Source of the DNA: Takakia lepidozioides
Taxonomy: Eukaryota; Plantae; Bryophyta
Assembly: GCA_030704615.1 (NCBI GenBank)
Contig: CM060731.1
Location: forward strand, 49,228,001 to 49,292,000
Reading direction: 5' to 3'
DNA: 64,000 bases
The notes beneath the pieces are model-generated. The model saw only the letters and a list, made by a program, of their open reading frames with translations, was not told the DNA's origin and did not search any database. The translations under genes were made by a program, and so were the position numbers. Positions 63,069 to 64,000 of the stretch are shown here, piece after piece; the first letter of the stretch is position 1; every line of letters begins with the position of its first letter.

Positions 63069-63785
63069 TCATGTGCCAATGATGGCATTGAAAACATCCA
63101 CCCCCTGAACAAACAAGAGAACAGAGAGCCATCCACCCCAGTTCCGAAGGAAAGGAAATAAAGCCACAAGCAATCTGAAAAACACTGGCTGGTCTCTCCT
63201 GACCGTCTTCCTACCTAATCTTGTATTTGATTTTACAGCCCTGCGCACAGGCATCCTCCGTCTTCTATCTACTTCCAATTCATCCCAACCCCCCATCTTC
63301 ACTACCCTTCTCACTTCACTGGCTTGTTGGGCAACGCTGCCTACAGCGGACCCAGACATCGGTGCATCGCGAGAGAACTTCTCAGTATCAGCATCTAGCT
63401 CTCTGTAAGGAGTGTCCTCTTGGCCCAAGGCCACACCATTCATGTCAGATCTTGGTCTTGAGTAGTCATAGGGTTGCCGGTTATCAAGTCCAGCACCCCA
63501 CCCGCCATAACTCTCTGCACTTCTCCCAGCGCCCTCAACAGTCGATCGTCCCTGCTCGTAATAGGGATCACGACGTTTCCTCTTTGGCTTTGATGAGGGA
63601 TACATCAAGAAATCCAGAAATGCCTGCCATATTTCAGATACAGAAGGGCCCAAAGCTTTCTGAACTGTGGGGAGGACAGCTAGACCTATCATGAAGAGTA
63701 TAGGGTTAACAAAAAACCACGGTAGTGACATCAAGACTAGTGGCCACGCCCATCGTAGTGATGAGAACACCTGCTCCTGCAGCAC
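63069..63785 (-). CDS. Exon of an uncharacterised plant membrane protein; 5' exons outside the window, 3' end uncertain
   Basis: Acceptor CATCAG| before 63785. A ~240-codon open frame has a hydrophobic hairpin (WAWPLVLMSLPWFFVNPILFMIGLAVLP), a GGWDEL motif and C-terminal RDQPVFFRLLVALFPFLRNW. Confidence 0.7.
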   Translation of the reverse strand: MLQEQVFSSLRWAWPLVLMSLPWFFVNPILFMIGLAVLPTVQKALGPSVSEIWQAFLDFLMYPSSKPKRKRRDPYYEQGRSTVEGAGRSAESYGGWGAGLDNRQPYDYSRPRSDMNGVALGQEDTPYRELDADTEKFSRDAPMSGSAVGSVAQQASEVRRVVKMGGWDELEVDRRRRMPVRRAVKSNTRLGRKTVRRDQPVFFRLLVALFPFLRNWGGWLSVLLFVQGVDVFNAIIGT

Positions 63786-64000
63786 CTGATGTTGGAAGAG
63801 CGGATCAGCAAACTTCAAATTCAAAACTTGCGACCTTCAGGAAGCAAACTTGGAGCTTGCTTTACATCACAAGTTGCTAGCAGAGAGAGGTTCAGCAGAA
63901 GACCAAAATGAGGCTTATCCCTGCCAATGTTTTTTCACATGAGCCTAATGTTGGTCATATGTCAATCTTCTTAAGAGCCCGTGAAGACAAGCTCAACAAG

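Overview
Eukaryotic land-plant nuclear DNA, probably bryophyte-like (inferred from gene style and repeat content). The left half (1-35 kb) is gene-dense and intron-rich. It holds an MBD9-like chromatin gene, an intronless PLS-class PPR gene cut short in its E domain, a photolyase-N/alpha-beta-hydrolase fusion gene with an intronic LINE and a U12-type intron, MPP-beta, and a plastid-type NAD(P)-binding Rossmann gene. The right half (35-64 kb) is mostly nested transposon relics (CACTA end, Helitrons, L1, Gypsy/Copia fragments, hAT and Tourist MITEs, palindrome array) around a CYP71-clan P450 and part of an uncharacterised gene. The best candidates for something new are two. One is a decayed Dualen/RandI-like non-LTR retroelement (RNase H + CCHC + restriction-like endonuclease) that appears to carry a PCIF1/CAPAM-like adenine-methyltransferase segment and lies between Helitron ends. 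The other is an RTE-X-like LINE family with almost no UTRs and no poly(A) tail that has inserted repeatedly at TC-rich intronic sites. All identifications come from reading motifs by eye; no searches were run, and TE relic boundaries are approximate unless TSDs/termini are given.
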